Below are positions 50,266 through 63,108 of a stretch of DNA of 64,000 nucleotides, one piece after another. This DNA comes from Azolla caroliniana (taxonomy: Eukaryota > Plantae > Polypodiophyta): NCBI GenBank assembly GCA_043228905.1, contig JBHGNT010000015.1, positions 18,042,001 to 18,106,000 of the forward strand, given 5' to 3'. The first letter of the stretch is position 1. Every line of letters begins with the position of its first letter. The translations under genes were made by a program, and so were the position numbers. The notes beneath the pieces are model-generated. The model saw only the letters and a list, made by a program, of their open reading frames with translations, did not search any database and had not been told where the DNA came from.

Positions 50266-50975
50266 ATCGATACAAACAGAGCTCTTTCAACAAGCCCTGT
50301 TCCAAGGAAGTATGTATGGAATTGGATGCCCTTCACAATCTCTTTCATGTCGGCAAAAAAAAGATCCTTTGATTAAAAGGCTATAAAATGCATATAAATT
50401 CTTGATTCAACGTTTTCTTTGGTGTAATCCATCGAATGATAGAGAACTAGGGCATGTTGTGAGATTCCACATTTTCACCATAGCCACCAGCCATGGGAAT
50501 GGAAACGGCAAGGTGAGATTTCTATGGGTTTTTTCTTAGACTGAGTTAATAAGAATCCATGGATAGCTTGAATCAAAGTGATCTCAATCTGAGATTGCAG
50601 TTGCAGACTGCAGTTGCATTCTCCTCATTAATGTGGAGAACAGGGCATGTGAGGAAACCTTCTCTTTTGGAGAGGCAACTTCTCTGGTTTTAATTTTACT
50701 GTATTTCCAGAACAAATGCCCCCCCATCCTCTCTACTTTACCATAATTCCAGAAAAATGCCCTCATACCCTCATGTTCCTCGAGCAGGCCGGAAACCCAG
50801 GACTAGCTTCTCACTTCTTGAAATGAACAAATGATATGAAATTATTCGATCCGTGAAATATCTTGAATCGTAGTCCTCTTCGGAAGTGTCCGGATCGGGA
50901 AGACTAATCCAGTAATAACTATTGCATGTCTTTCATTGAATGGTCTATTGTCCCTACGGGTGAAGGCTTGTCACG

Positions 50976-51502
50976 TAACAATTAGCAGCGGTTTTGTTCG
51001 GTTCGAGAGTGGTTAACTCAAACCGTTTAAACCCAGATCGTTTAGAAAATTTGAAACAAAAACCAAACCAAACCATGAAACCGTTTAAACCGAACCGTTA
51101 CAAAAAAAAATCAAGCTCAAACAAAATGGTTTTAGATATTTTTAAACCATTAAAACAATGGTTTCACGGTTCGGTCCAAATGGTTTTAGAGATTTTTAAA
51201 CCTTTAATCCGTTAAATTGTTAAAACCGCAGCTTCATGGTTCAGTTTTGGTTTTTGAGTTAGGTCAAAATTCAAATTTTCACATTTTTATTTTAAAATTT
51301 TCAATATTTCAGATTTGAATTTTTCAAAATTCACAATTTTTTCTTAAAATGTTCAAAAAAATATTTAAGAAAATGATCAAGTTTCAATCCCTAACTGTCA
51401 AATTGTTTATACCAGAAACCGTTAAGCCAATAAAGGCTCAAGTTGAACCATTTAAACCATTAAGCCACGGTTTCACATTTCAAGAACCATTGCCAATTGT
51501 TA
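50976..51502. mobile_element. Possible MITE with aaaccg-rich interior
   Basis: Imperfect 18-bp TIR (taacaattagcagcggtt and aaccattgccaattgtta, 15/18 match) enclosing many aaacc(g/a) and ggttt motifs. No TSD found. Confidence 0.45.
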
Positions 51503-54392
51503 GGTGTGTGCTTAATTGACAACATTCGTGTCGTGGGTTTTGAGCCCCATGTCTCATGTTCCTAAGGGTTTTTCAAGTCACCAACACAAAGAATTAGTGT
51601 GTGACCAAGGCTTGTTTGGTGAATTAATTTTCATTGTGCATTGAAGATTTATGGCGAGGGAGATCCTAATGGGGCGAAGCCGTAATGTTGAGTTTGCTAT
51701 CTGAGACTTGGCGATGATAGGTTATTGGTTTTGTGGATAGTTTTTTTATGCCAACGTGTTGTAATCATTTGGGGCCTTCGATTTGAATCCATTTATGTAA
51801 TCGATTTCAAGGCTCATTTCTCGTGCTTCTTTGCATTTCTTCACAAAGTCCACCAATTTCTCAACTAAAGAGAGGGAGTGAATTTTTTCAAAAACCCAAA
51901 AAGAAATGTCCATTCAAATTCGCGGCTAATGGCTAATGAAGACAAGTTATCATTTGGTAATCGTTCTAATTTGCTGCAAATTTATCACTAGTTTCAAATT
52001 AGCAATTAATCATCTTGATTTTATAGGTTTCATTTTTTAATATCAAAATTTCAAAAGTTGACTAAAAAGAAAATGAGTAAGCATTCTTTTTGGGGGCCAT
52101 GGTAATTTATAGTGGCATTTTGATAATCTGTCCTTATTGTTGCACGCATTCTTGGAATCTTGTTAATTGTTGAGGGACATTTTGGAAATACGACAAACAC
52201 TAGAGTTGCATCTTGATAATGTTGCCCTTACCTTATTGTAAAAATCAAATTGAGTTATCCCTATACTCAACTTGGCCCAAATTAATAAGTGTGTACACAA
52301 GAGAAAGCATTAAGTTAGAACTTCAATGTCCATCACGTGAATTCAAACCATTCAACTTGGTGCATGGTACCACTATCTTGAAATCAACATCGCAATCTTG
52401 CTACAAGACAATGTGATTGATAGCTAATGATACCCACAATGTATCCATGCATCGTAAAATACAGCTGCCCACCAACTCGTGGGTAACATCATATTGGATT
52501 GGACACTAACATCTGCAATTTATGTGCTCAATGATAACTCTTGGATGAGTTGTAGCCACCACTTACATGTGCTTCATCAATAAGATGGGGAAACATTAGC
52601 ACTTTCCACTCATTTGCATTTATTACAACCCACAAATCGGTATGGTATAAACATAGTGTATGGTAGGTCACCTTCTTCACATTGTAGCGGCCAGTTAAAA
52701 GGTGTTGCCAAACATAGAAGCAATGCAAAGAAGGGATGATGGTATGCATAGCTGTATTGATAATAAAATATCTGGACTAAAACTGAAAATTTGTAGTTCA
52801 TGTTTAAGATGCCCTCAAGCTTGGCAATATAGGTGAAGTTTTTCTCAAAAGAACTCGACTCATGCAGAAATTGCCCTTGTAAAATAGGAGGCTCAATAAC
52901 GTGGCAACATACCATTGTATATGTAGGATCCTACTTGCGACTTTATTAGATCCCATTATGCAATGATGGGATTTACGTGTTTTTAACCCATTATAACAAA
53001 ATTTGCGCACTAAACAATAATACGAAGGACAATTGTGCGCTTTAGAAAATCTTGTTTTTGAACAAAGTTCATATTTTGCAATCTTGTAGCCAAAAAGGCT
53101 ACTTCCAAACAATTAATCCTCATGTATGAGAATAGAACAGACACCTTAAAGATGATGTGATGTACAAAAAAGCGCAGCACTATTACTACGAAAGAACTTT
53201 ACACCTACATAAATAAAATCAAGACACTATCCACTTTTGAAGCTATGACAAGTTCTTAAATGCTAGATCGTTATCCAAACCAAGAGACATGTATCTTTTA
53301 ATATAACACGTGAATGTTTCGTTTCCATGGATTGATATTCACTATGAGCAATCCTAAGTTCACCCAACCTTTTCTAAGTCTTTATTAATTTCCTCACACG
53401 CCCATAATGTTTCGTTATTTGCACAAACACCCATGGCCAACAACCAAAACAATGTTGCCACTCAAATGGCACACATAATTGCTCTTCAAACAATTGACTT
53501 AAGCCATTTTGGTAAATAAATTTTCCCTATGGAAATCGCCAAAATACCCCTATCTTTTGAAAATGACCAGAATACCCTTTATATTTTAACTAGATAAAAT
53601 CAACCTCAAATAGTCTCACATGACCAATACAATCGATCTCGCACTCCACTTGACTCGCTTGACTCATTGAACAACACCACTAGTCATTTTTCCGAGCTCC
53701 GAAAAATACATCTCTACAGAACGATGAATCCGATCTGGCATTCATTCCATGTTATTTCAATCTTTTCAAGGTATTTTTGGTACATTTCCTGCAGTATATA
53801 TCAATACCTTGTTCAGGACTATATATATTATAGACATCTCAATGGAGTAGATAACTCTCATCTTGATGAGAAAAGTTTTAACAATGTTTCAAGTGAGGCA
53901 TAATCAAGACAAGTTTTGACTCGAATTGAAGACTGTCTATCAATATGCTCTGTTTTGGTGGATAATCCATTGTGTTTCATCCATCCTACAAGTATGGTAC
54001 ACCATCATCTTTCTGTATATACCTCAATCCTCACAAGATAGCACTGTTTCTTGTTCCAAAATATTCCTGGTTCTCTCCTTTGCTAAATTTAATACCCGCA
54101 TTCTGAGATCAAGCTTCATGCATTCACATTTTCACTCATGGGAGCTTCCAATTAGGATGATTTGGATTGAATGTGCACCATACTTCCCTTTGAGCACGCA
54201 TATATATTGTATTTATCTATAGTGGAAAGCTATAGGACATAACTGCAACGTAGAAACAGAAACAAGTATCAGATCTGAAATGCCATGATGGATTGGATTG
54301 AATGTAAAATAATGTGAAATTTTGCATCTGATGATCACTCTAATCTTATGAACAAAGATTATATGCTTTTACTTCACATTACATTGCACTTG

Positions 54393-54693
54393 TCATTTTC
54401 CTTTGCCCAGAAAGTTTCGGAAGAATGAAAATGTTCGTCGGGCTGTAGAAACACAATCCAACCAACCAAAAGTTTGTGTTTAAAATGGATTCATGCTAAA
54501 GTTGAAGGATTGCAAATATTGATGCCAAATCTTACGATATCTTACCTTTTCCGGAGGAGCCTGAACTCTTTTGGGGATCTGAAGAACCACTTTCTGGATG
54601 CTTTGCTGCCCGAGATAAAGCAAAAAAAAAAGTAAGACAATATGAAACCAATATGTCTTTTATGCATTCTGATAGAAAAGTAAAGATATTTGA

Positions 54694-54729
<36 letters not shown>

Positions 54730-57700
54730 TGTATAATCTGACTTGTATGCAGAGGCTAAAACAAATTGCTTTTTAATGCAGATTATAAAAAGTGTCTGAA
54801 TCAAAAAGTAATTTGTTTTAGCTTTCTGCATACCTGACTTATATGCAGAAAGCTAAAACAAATTACTTTTTGTTACGACCCTAAGAGATTCATGCTTACA
54901 CCCTGGTTAGACAAAAACCCCCTTAAATCTTGATCGATATTTTACCTGGGTCTTTAACTCCATTTCTCATCAAAGACGAATCAGAATGCCATTTCTTGTC
55001 ATCTGACAGACTCCTATGCTTAGAAGATCTTCCATCCACTCTATCCCTCTCCATGTTTTCATTCCTTGTAGGGGTTGTTAAGGCTCGACTCTGTGGACTT
55101 CTTCTCCTAAATGACAGTAGACTTTTGAAACCCTTGTAATAGTGATCTTTCGTAGGTGTACTAATTTGGGCTGCAGAAGGAAGTGAAGACCTCCCTGAAG
55201 AACTCTTATGTTTTGTGTGATCTCCATTCAAACTTCCGATTGAGGAAGTTGTTGTTGGAAGAGTGATTAATGGCTCTTTATATGCCTCTGCATTCTGTGT
55301 ACAAACTTGATCAACTAAGGTTAAATTAGTCATGGCTCGATCAGCAGATGCCTTTCTGAAGGAATCTATCTTCTGCTTAGGCCCATCTGGATCTTTCACT
55401 ACAGAATGGATTACAGAAGACGACGCGTCAGGGTCCTCCTCCCCAATTCTAGAGTTAGACATGAGGATAGTATTTGAGAAAGAAAAAACTGGCTGAAAGG
55501 CATTCTTGATTGGATAATCCATTTCTCCTCCATGTGATCGGCTTGATTTGAAGGGTCTTGATTGTTCAGATACCCAAGGAATAGAATTGATTTGCTCCAC
55601 ACTTTTGTGGCGATTCCTATCTTGACTTGTTTCAGAATCAATATTTGGCTCTGAACTCTTTACCTCACCATTCACAGATTTGTGTGAGTCTAACACAAGC
55701 TGATGTGAGGTAGTATATGTTCCTCTAGAAGGAGAGAGAGACAGGGAGGCAGAGGGTGAGGGAGAGGGAGAGGGAGAGGGAGAAGAGTTATTTCTTCTTC
55801 CCTCTTCAGAGGCTTCTATTGAGTTTATGTCCTCTTTAACCAGTTCCTTTCTCATGATAATATCATTGCTTTGAGTCTTTTCTGATGAGTCCACATATGT
55901 TATCTCTGAAAGTGAAGCAGAAGACCTAATTCCTTTTAGTCCTACATAAGTTTCAGAAATTCCTCCTTCTCCAAAGGATTCTGTTTGGACACTTACATCT
56001 GGCTTAATCTTTATCCTGAGAACATTAATGTTGTTGCTGTCCTTTATTGTTGGAATAGGCAACTTATCCACTACAGTCAACTTTTGAGGGCTTGTAACGT
56101 TTACCACTTTGGCTCCAGATCTAGCACCATCACCCTTCTTAAGAAAATCTTTGCCTTCCACAAATGAAATTCCATTTGAATTTGGCGGTTTCAATGATAC
56201 TTCCTGCACCAATTTTGACAGAGATGTAACTTTCACATTTGTATCCAATAATGATGTCTTTACTCTGAGTTTTGCGCCAATGGTGTCTATGGAAGAAAGT
56301 GACACTTTTGGCAAAAGAAGTGAGCTTTGTCCCTTGAATCCGTTAGAGGTTGATACACTTTGCTTTGTAGCACTCCCTAAGGTTATCTGACCATCACTAA
56401 CATCAGAAACCATTGTTGTTATATCCTTCGCTAAATGTACCTTTGGGGGAACTTCAAGCTTAACCGTGTCGAGTGAAGAGCGAGATGCATTTCCAGGCTT
56501 CAAGCTTGTAAAAATCTCTGTTTGTCTCTGAGGATGATGATGGTGATCCATAATAGATGGTGAAGAACTCCGGACATGATTTCTAGTGAATCTGAAAGAT
56601 ATCTTTGATGTAACTTCATTAAATTCTAGCTCCTTTGGTTTGGGAGCAATTCTCTGTTGAAGTGATGGCATAGAATGGGAACCAAGCAGCGATGATGGCC
56701 TGGCTTTTTGAACCAATGACGATGATTTTATAAATGAACTCAGCTTTGATGTAGGAGGTGGAGAACTTGTAGATTTTCCTCTTGTGATGGAAGAATTCAC
56801 ATTTTTCCGAGCAGCTATTCTTTCCTGCCTCTGAGCTTTGAGCACGTCTAGTCTCTTCCTCTCTTCATGATCCTACAAAGAAAACAAAAATAAGAATTAG
56901 CTTCATGTTACTTCTAAAGTACGCATAACTCACCTCTCCTTTTGAGCCAGAAAAATAAATGGCCCTAATGTACAGCAACAAGTACGTACAAATTTGTGTG
57001 CATAATATACAGACATGCATGTATACATACATACTTGTTCAATGTTACAACTCAGAAGCAAATATCTATGATAAGCAACATAAAGAGAATGTACATAATA
57101 CATTCTCCCTAGAGTAGATGCCACTTCATAAAGAGATCAATCAAGGAACTATCAATTCTAACATGATGACCAAATTCAGGTATGATAAAGGCCACAGAGC
57201 ATTGTGTCTCAAAACAGTCGAAAATATAACACAAAGTTCAATTTGCAGTTTATGTATAATGTGTCTAATGGCCATAGAGAATCTTGGCTCAAAGACGCAT
57301 CTCAACTTTTAAATCAATTTCCACCAGGGTTTGTTTATGTGAATATCATAACAGAGAGAATTCCATCAGGTTACTGAGTAATTCCAGGATATCGATTAGC
57401 ATCAAATTTTCTTACTTCCCCAAATGCCTCGAAGTTTTCCATTGTTGGCCTCAAAATGCCCTTGGGTCAACCATGTCTCCAGCAATTATATCTGCTGTTT
57501 GAGCAATTACATGGTCGATTCATCCCCTTTTCCCCAATTATATGTGCTATTTCAGCCATTATCGAATCCCATTTTTCTCTTTTTTTTGTGGGTGGAGGTG
57601 AGGGAGAGGTGGTTTGACCCAGGGCATTTTGAGATATACTGAAAACTTAGGTGAAATGGGAAAATGAAGTCTCAGGGGTAACTTTAGAGGTTTTTCCCTT

Positions 57701-60700
57701 TACTTAAAATACAGACATGCTCCAAACACATCTATTTTCATTATCATTTTTATGGCCCTCCAAGTTCTTCATCGAACACTGAGAAATTTTTAAAAAACGT
57801 TCTCTGAACTCAGCTCACTCAGAAAAATGTAGCATGTTTTATTTACAGTAAAGGAGAAAAAAAAAACCTTCTCTTCTTTGCTCTTCTTCAAGGCTGCTTT
57901 GTACGCTCTTATTTCATCAGCACGTAGTTGTGCTTCCATTACATGAGTTGGTCTTTCAGCTCTTCTAACTCTACTTATATCACCTTTCCTCTTCTGTAAA
58001 ACCTCTTCCATTGCTTTCATCTTCCCGTCTCTTTCAACCCGCTTTGAGCTTCCAGAATGGCCCCTTAGTTTAGCTTCCCTTTTCTCATTATATTGATCGA
58101 GAAACTTTTTAACACGTTCCTGAGATGGTTCACAATGCCCATTCAAGTGTTTAGAAGATTGTGTTTGATAAGTAGGTTTTATAAGATCAACGTCAATCTT
58201 CATCACATCATTGACATGATCTGTAGATGAGCTATTCTTTTGCCTTCTTGGCATCATTAATAGGTCATCATGTTCTTGTTTGTCAGCCATTGAATTGACC
58301 ATCAGTGCTTTCCTTGACATCATGTCATAGATTTTACTACCTTGCATCTCAGATTCAATGAACATACTCTTTCTTTGGTCTTGCTCTTGATCTATAGGTT
58401 GCACACGGACAAATGACATGCCATCTAATGGCATTAGATCCTTTTCTATCTTTATTTTGCCAGGAATTGCTTCAGGTTCTTGAAATTCCAATCGTTTCTT
58501 CGACCTAATTCCAGGGCTATAATCGGTGTGTTGACCAAAAAGCAGGAAAGAGTTGTCAATGGTGGAGCTCATTTTGGATTTCTGATGCTCAGCATCGAGC
58601 ATTGGAGTAAATGAGACGGTATTTTCACTGTTGACTGACCTTCCGTTTTGGAGCAACGTTATACTCTCATCCACTTCCTTAATCTGTGAAACATGTCTAG
58701 TGGATCCAAAGCTTCTTAAGGTTTCTTGTTCTGACTGACTTAACTCACTGTGATCACCCTCTTCTCTTCTGAATCTATAGTTCTCTTCCTCCTTGTTCTT
58801 ATAATTCTTCCAGTTAGTGTGAATATTCAAATCTGCAGAATCAGCCCATCTCCTCCTTAAACCAGTGATCGATGTGTCCATAGATGAGTCCATTACATCA
58901 CTAGTCTCGTTATCATAGTCATCTCCCACTGACTCTTCATCAGTGACTATTTTACGTTGTCTCCGACGATTACCACTGGTATTCTTACAATTCACCATGC
59001 CTTCATGGTGTATACTTCTGTTGCCTATGCTCTCTCTCCCTCCAGGTGAAAAATACTTTATTTCATATGCATTTTGATAGGTTTGAATATCAGGAGAGAG
59101 CTGATTATGGGTGTCCATAAAATGGAATTTTGCAGCAACATCTGGGGGCGGAGACATATCAGAGAGAATATTGAAGCTTTCCTGACTACCTGGGCTGAAT
59201 CCATGCTGATGTACTTGAGACGGACTGGTGTTATTTGTAATAGTGTAAATATTAGGCCATTCTCTAGCAGTTGACCAATGGCAAACTTGGGTAGCAGGGC
59301 TTGAGTTAATATAGACTGGTAATTTCTGTTGATATTGTCTCTCTACACTAAAGGGATGGTCAGAGCTTCCAAAACCATCGTCAAGCTTCCACTCATCATG
59401 AGAAACACTTAGAAAACCAGGTTTAAGCTCAGTGTGACACTGTGATTCTGAACGGAGTTCATTTCCAGTAGTATGAGTTTCTACTTCACTTTCACAGTTT
59501 CGAATGGCTGTGCATCCTGTTTTGGCAACAGCCTCCACAAGGTCTTTATCTATTGACAACATATCATCAGAACAAAAACCAGGGATGTGCTGTTTCTGGC
59601 ATAAGGTCACAAACTTGATGCATGCTTCCCTGGAAGAAAACATATAGAAGTATTATTTTATGAATTAAAATGATAAATAGATAAATAGAAGTTAATTGAT
59701 GATTTCCACTTACTTCATTCGGATAGCTCGGAAGCATTCCGAAAACATGATTAATTGCATCAAATGGCTTAGCTCAAACCCTGCGGCCGTGGCACGAGCA
59801 AATGCCATTCCTTGTTCTTTCTGTAAGGCTGATCGACGAGCATTTAAGGCCCTTAATAATTGATCCCTGTGGCAAAAGTTAATAAGCATTACTTCCAAAA
59901 AAGGAAACACTTTTTAATTTATGTGATCCATAATTCATAGAAGCACATCTTTTATTGAGAACAACTATTAAAGCTCTTCATCAGAGATGGTAATTACAAA
60001 GTGTTCAAGCAACTGTTATAGTGTGTGATCTCAAATCATTCATAGACATAGCTTTCAAAAAAGAGCATACTTTGTGTTCTTTGCAGGTGTGGGTTCACTG
60101 CCATATTCTCGCCTGATCTGTGATTCAACCAAAAGCCTTCAGAGGTAGAAGATGTAATACAACAGAAGAAGCTCAGAACACATGAATTACACAGGTCAAT
60201 ATTAATTACATTAGCCATTATGAGCTACAAGGAAAGTGATGAGTACCATTTTTGAATATGGGCTCTTCTCTGTTGCTAATGCCAAATTCTCACCTGTAAA
60301 AAAGTATCTCGTCTGTGATTAAACCCTAACTATATGAATCTTTCCCTTCATTTTCTCTCAAGTTCTAGCAGTAATCGGGTCATTGTATGAAGACAACATC
60401 AGAATCTGATATGTAAAGATCATATCACGTACCATGTAAAGAACTTGATGGCGAATCAAACATAAATGCATCATCCTGAAAGTACATCCAGTTCCAGATC
60501 TTATTCATATATAAGTTATTTTTTCCATCAAGAATATCTGTTTTGTCTTTGAGAGATAGGAAAAGACATCAAGAAATCATACGCACTCTTGTTGGATCAA
60601 GGTTCTGCTTTCCGATTGTCTCTTCCAGTTGGATGAGCTCACATTCAATCGTATTCACTCTCTCGATTACCTCAGGTGTACTCACAAACCTAACGAACCT

Positions 60701-61227
60701 GGTGGAATTTTTGTTTGTTGATCACCCAACCATAAAATTTCTGTCAGAATTATGAGGAGAAATGGCAAAAAAGAAAAAGAATGTATATATAATATAAATC
60801 TACATGTAGGCATACACATATAGGCACAAATGTATATTTATACCTCTCTACAGTGTCTTTTGTGAACCAAGATGACTTATTGTAGTTTGGAGCTGGTTCG
60901 ATTTGGATGGAATAACCTCCTGTCGCAAACTGTTCTTCAGCAGTTTGTAAGTGGGATAAGAATGGATTGAGCAGACCAGACGTGAGTTTCTCTGTCACAG
61001 ATCCTGATACAACATAGAGGTCGAACCTATCCGAGAGAGAGAAAGAGATGGTTCAGATCAAGCGTGCAAAAATCACGCATTATTCCCAAATATAGAAGTC
61101 CACACAGAAATTTAACATAGTTAAGAGAGGTTGATTATCTCTCTGTCTGTGCATGTGTAACGTACCTGGTTCGAGTAGGCGTGAGCTGGAAGATGATATG
61201 GTCAAGAACGGTCTGTGATAGAATCAT
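54393..61227 (-). CDS. COP1-interacting protein 7 (CIP7)-like protein, multi-exon
   Basis: N-terminus MILSQTVLDHIIFQLTPTRTR|FDL...EKLTSGLLNPFLSHLQTAEEQ...[23 protein letters not shown], then LLRAL..R...LQKEQGMAFARATAAGF and F...CIKFVTLCQ. Large exons at ~59630-57869 (YNEKREAKLR, AYKAALKKSKEE) and ~56872-54945 (QRQERIAAR, KGFKSLLSFRR); last exon RRTFSFFRNFLGKGK* stops at 54393. Small internal exons are not exactly resolved. Confidence 0.85.
54802..54872. repeat. Perfect 31-bp inverted repeat with a 9-nt loop in a CIP7-like intron
   Basis: caaaaagtaatttgttttagctttctgcata (54802-54832) and its exact reverse complement (54842-54872). Confidence 0.9.
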
Positions 61228-61909
61228 TTTGACAGAGCTTCGTCTTACTGACCTAGTGAGCTCAGACACAAATTGACCTTCACCACAGTTTAATTAGTAC
61301 ATGCATCTTTCTTAGATACATTTTTCTTTTTACTGCCATCCTTGGATCTTTTTTTGGTCTGAGAGGAATGTCGCATCCCACAGTCTTCATGGAGAAGCAT
61401 TCAGAGAGAAGAATTAGAGTTGACATGGTGAAGCAGGAGCCATGGCGTTTGCGTGTGGAGCTCTGCATTGCTTTTGAGAGCTTCTTGGATGAGACTGCGC
61501 AGTGCTTGCCATGATTTCCTACATACCACCGTCAGGATTCTGATTTCTTGGTCTTCTTGGTTGAGATGATTGCTATGGAGGATAATGTACCACAATCACC
61601 CTCATCTCAAACAAGCGCGGATGGATATGCAGAAAGCAGAGAATCAGGAGAGAATCAGGAGAAGAGTGAGGTGAGAAGCGGGATCATGCACATCTACATT
61701 GTGTGATAGAAGAGTGTGGGAGGAGATGGTGATGGTGGTCTCTGAGAGAGAGAGAGAGAGAGGATGTAAGAGAAAGAAGAAGAAGAAAGGAAGGAAGGAA
61801 AGGAGAGGAGAGCAGAGGAGACAGAGAGAAGGGGCAGGGGATGATGATGAAGGAGACAGAGAAGGAACAGTAGAACTCTAGCTAAGGCTACTTACTCTGT
61901 CTGAGCAAA

Positions 61910-62696
61910 CACAGACAGAGAGAGACAGACAGAGAGACAGAGAGAGAGAGAGAGTGTGTGTGTGTGTAGAGAGAGACAGAGAGGTGTGTGTATGTGTGTA
62001 ACGTGTTTGTAGAGACAGAGAGGAAGAGAGAGAGAGAGAGAGAGTGTGCGTGTGTGTGTAGGGAGAGAGAGAGTGTGTGTGTGTGTATGTAGAGTGAGAG
62101 AGAGAGAGAGTGTGTGTGTGTATGTAGAGTGAGAGAGAGAGAGAGTGTGTGTGTGTATGTAGAGTGAGAGAGAGAGAGAGTGTGTGTGTGTGTGTATGTA
62201 GAGAGAGATAGTGTGTGTGTATGTAGGGAGAGAGAGAGAGAGTGTGTGTGTGTATGTAGAGTGAGAGAGAGAGAGTGTGTGTGTGTGTATGTAGAGTGAG
62301 ACAGAGAGAGAGAGTGTGTGTGTGTGTGTGTAGAGTGAGAGAGAGAGAGAGAAAGTGTGTGTGTGTAGAGAGATACAGAGTGTGTGTGTAGAGAGAGAGA
62401 GAGAAAGTGTGTGTGTGTAGAGAGAGTGGTGTGTGTAGAGTGACAGAGTGTGTGTGTGTAGAGAGAGAGTGTGTGTGTGTAGCGAGAGAGAGAGAGAGAG
62501 AGAGTGTGTCGTAGAGTGAGAGAGTGTGTGTATGTGTAGAGAAAGAAAGAAAGAAAGATATATTAACGTCTTCTAAGAGAGAGACAGACAGTGTGTGTGT
62601 GTATGTAGATTGAGAGCCAATTCAACGTGTCGGTAGAGAGAGACAGAGTGTGTGTAGAGAGAGAATGAGTGAGTGTGTAGAGAAAGAGAGAGAGTT

Positions 62697-62727
<31 letters not shown>

Positions 62728-62935
62728 TGTGTGTGTGTGTGTGTGTAGTGAGAGAGAGAGAGTATATGTGTAGTGAGAGAGTGTGTGTAGAGATAGATAG
62801 CCAGAGAGGCAAGAGTGTGTGTGTAGAGATAGATAGTCAGAGACAAGAGTGTGTGTGTGTGTAGAGAGAGACAGTGAGTGTATGAATGTGTGCAGAGAGA
62901 GAGTGTGTGTGTGTGTATGTGTGTGTGGAGAGAGA
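61910..62935. repeat. ~1-kb compound (GA)n/(GT)n microsatellite array
   Basis: Alternating gagaga and gtgtgt tracts joined by gtatgtaga or gtaga linkers. Confidence 0.95.
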
Positions 62936-63033
62936 AATTTAGGAAAGAAAGATGAAGATCAAAGGAGAAGAAGGCATTCATTGTATGAGAGGAGCAGCTT
63001 TCTCCAGCTTTCTCCAGAATAAAGAGAGGCTAG

Positions 63034-63108
63034 ATGGATATAGCTCAATTGGTAAGGTTGCTCAATGGAGACCAGGCAGGATCATGGGTTCAAGCCCTGC
63101 ATTCCACA
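63034..63108 (+). pseudogene. tRNA-derived sequence (SINE head or tRNA pseudogene)
   Basis: A box TAGCTCAATTGG at 63041-63052, B box GGTTCAAGCCC at 63087-63097 and partial acceptor pairing TGGA/TCCA. The anticodon arm does not fold. Confidence 0.55.

Noticed and set aside
52060-53780. Possible Pack-MULE with a captured gene fragment
   Set aside because: The putative TIRs match only weakly and the interior ORFs are unrecognisable.
62573-62981. HT/SL-rich ORFs
   Set aside because: These are translations of the microsatellite array.
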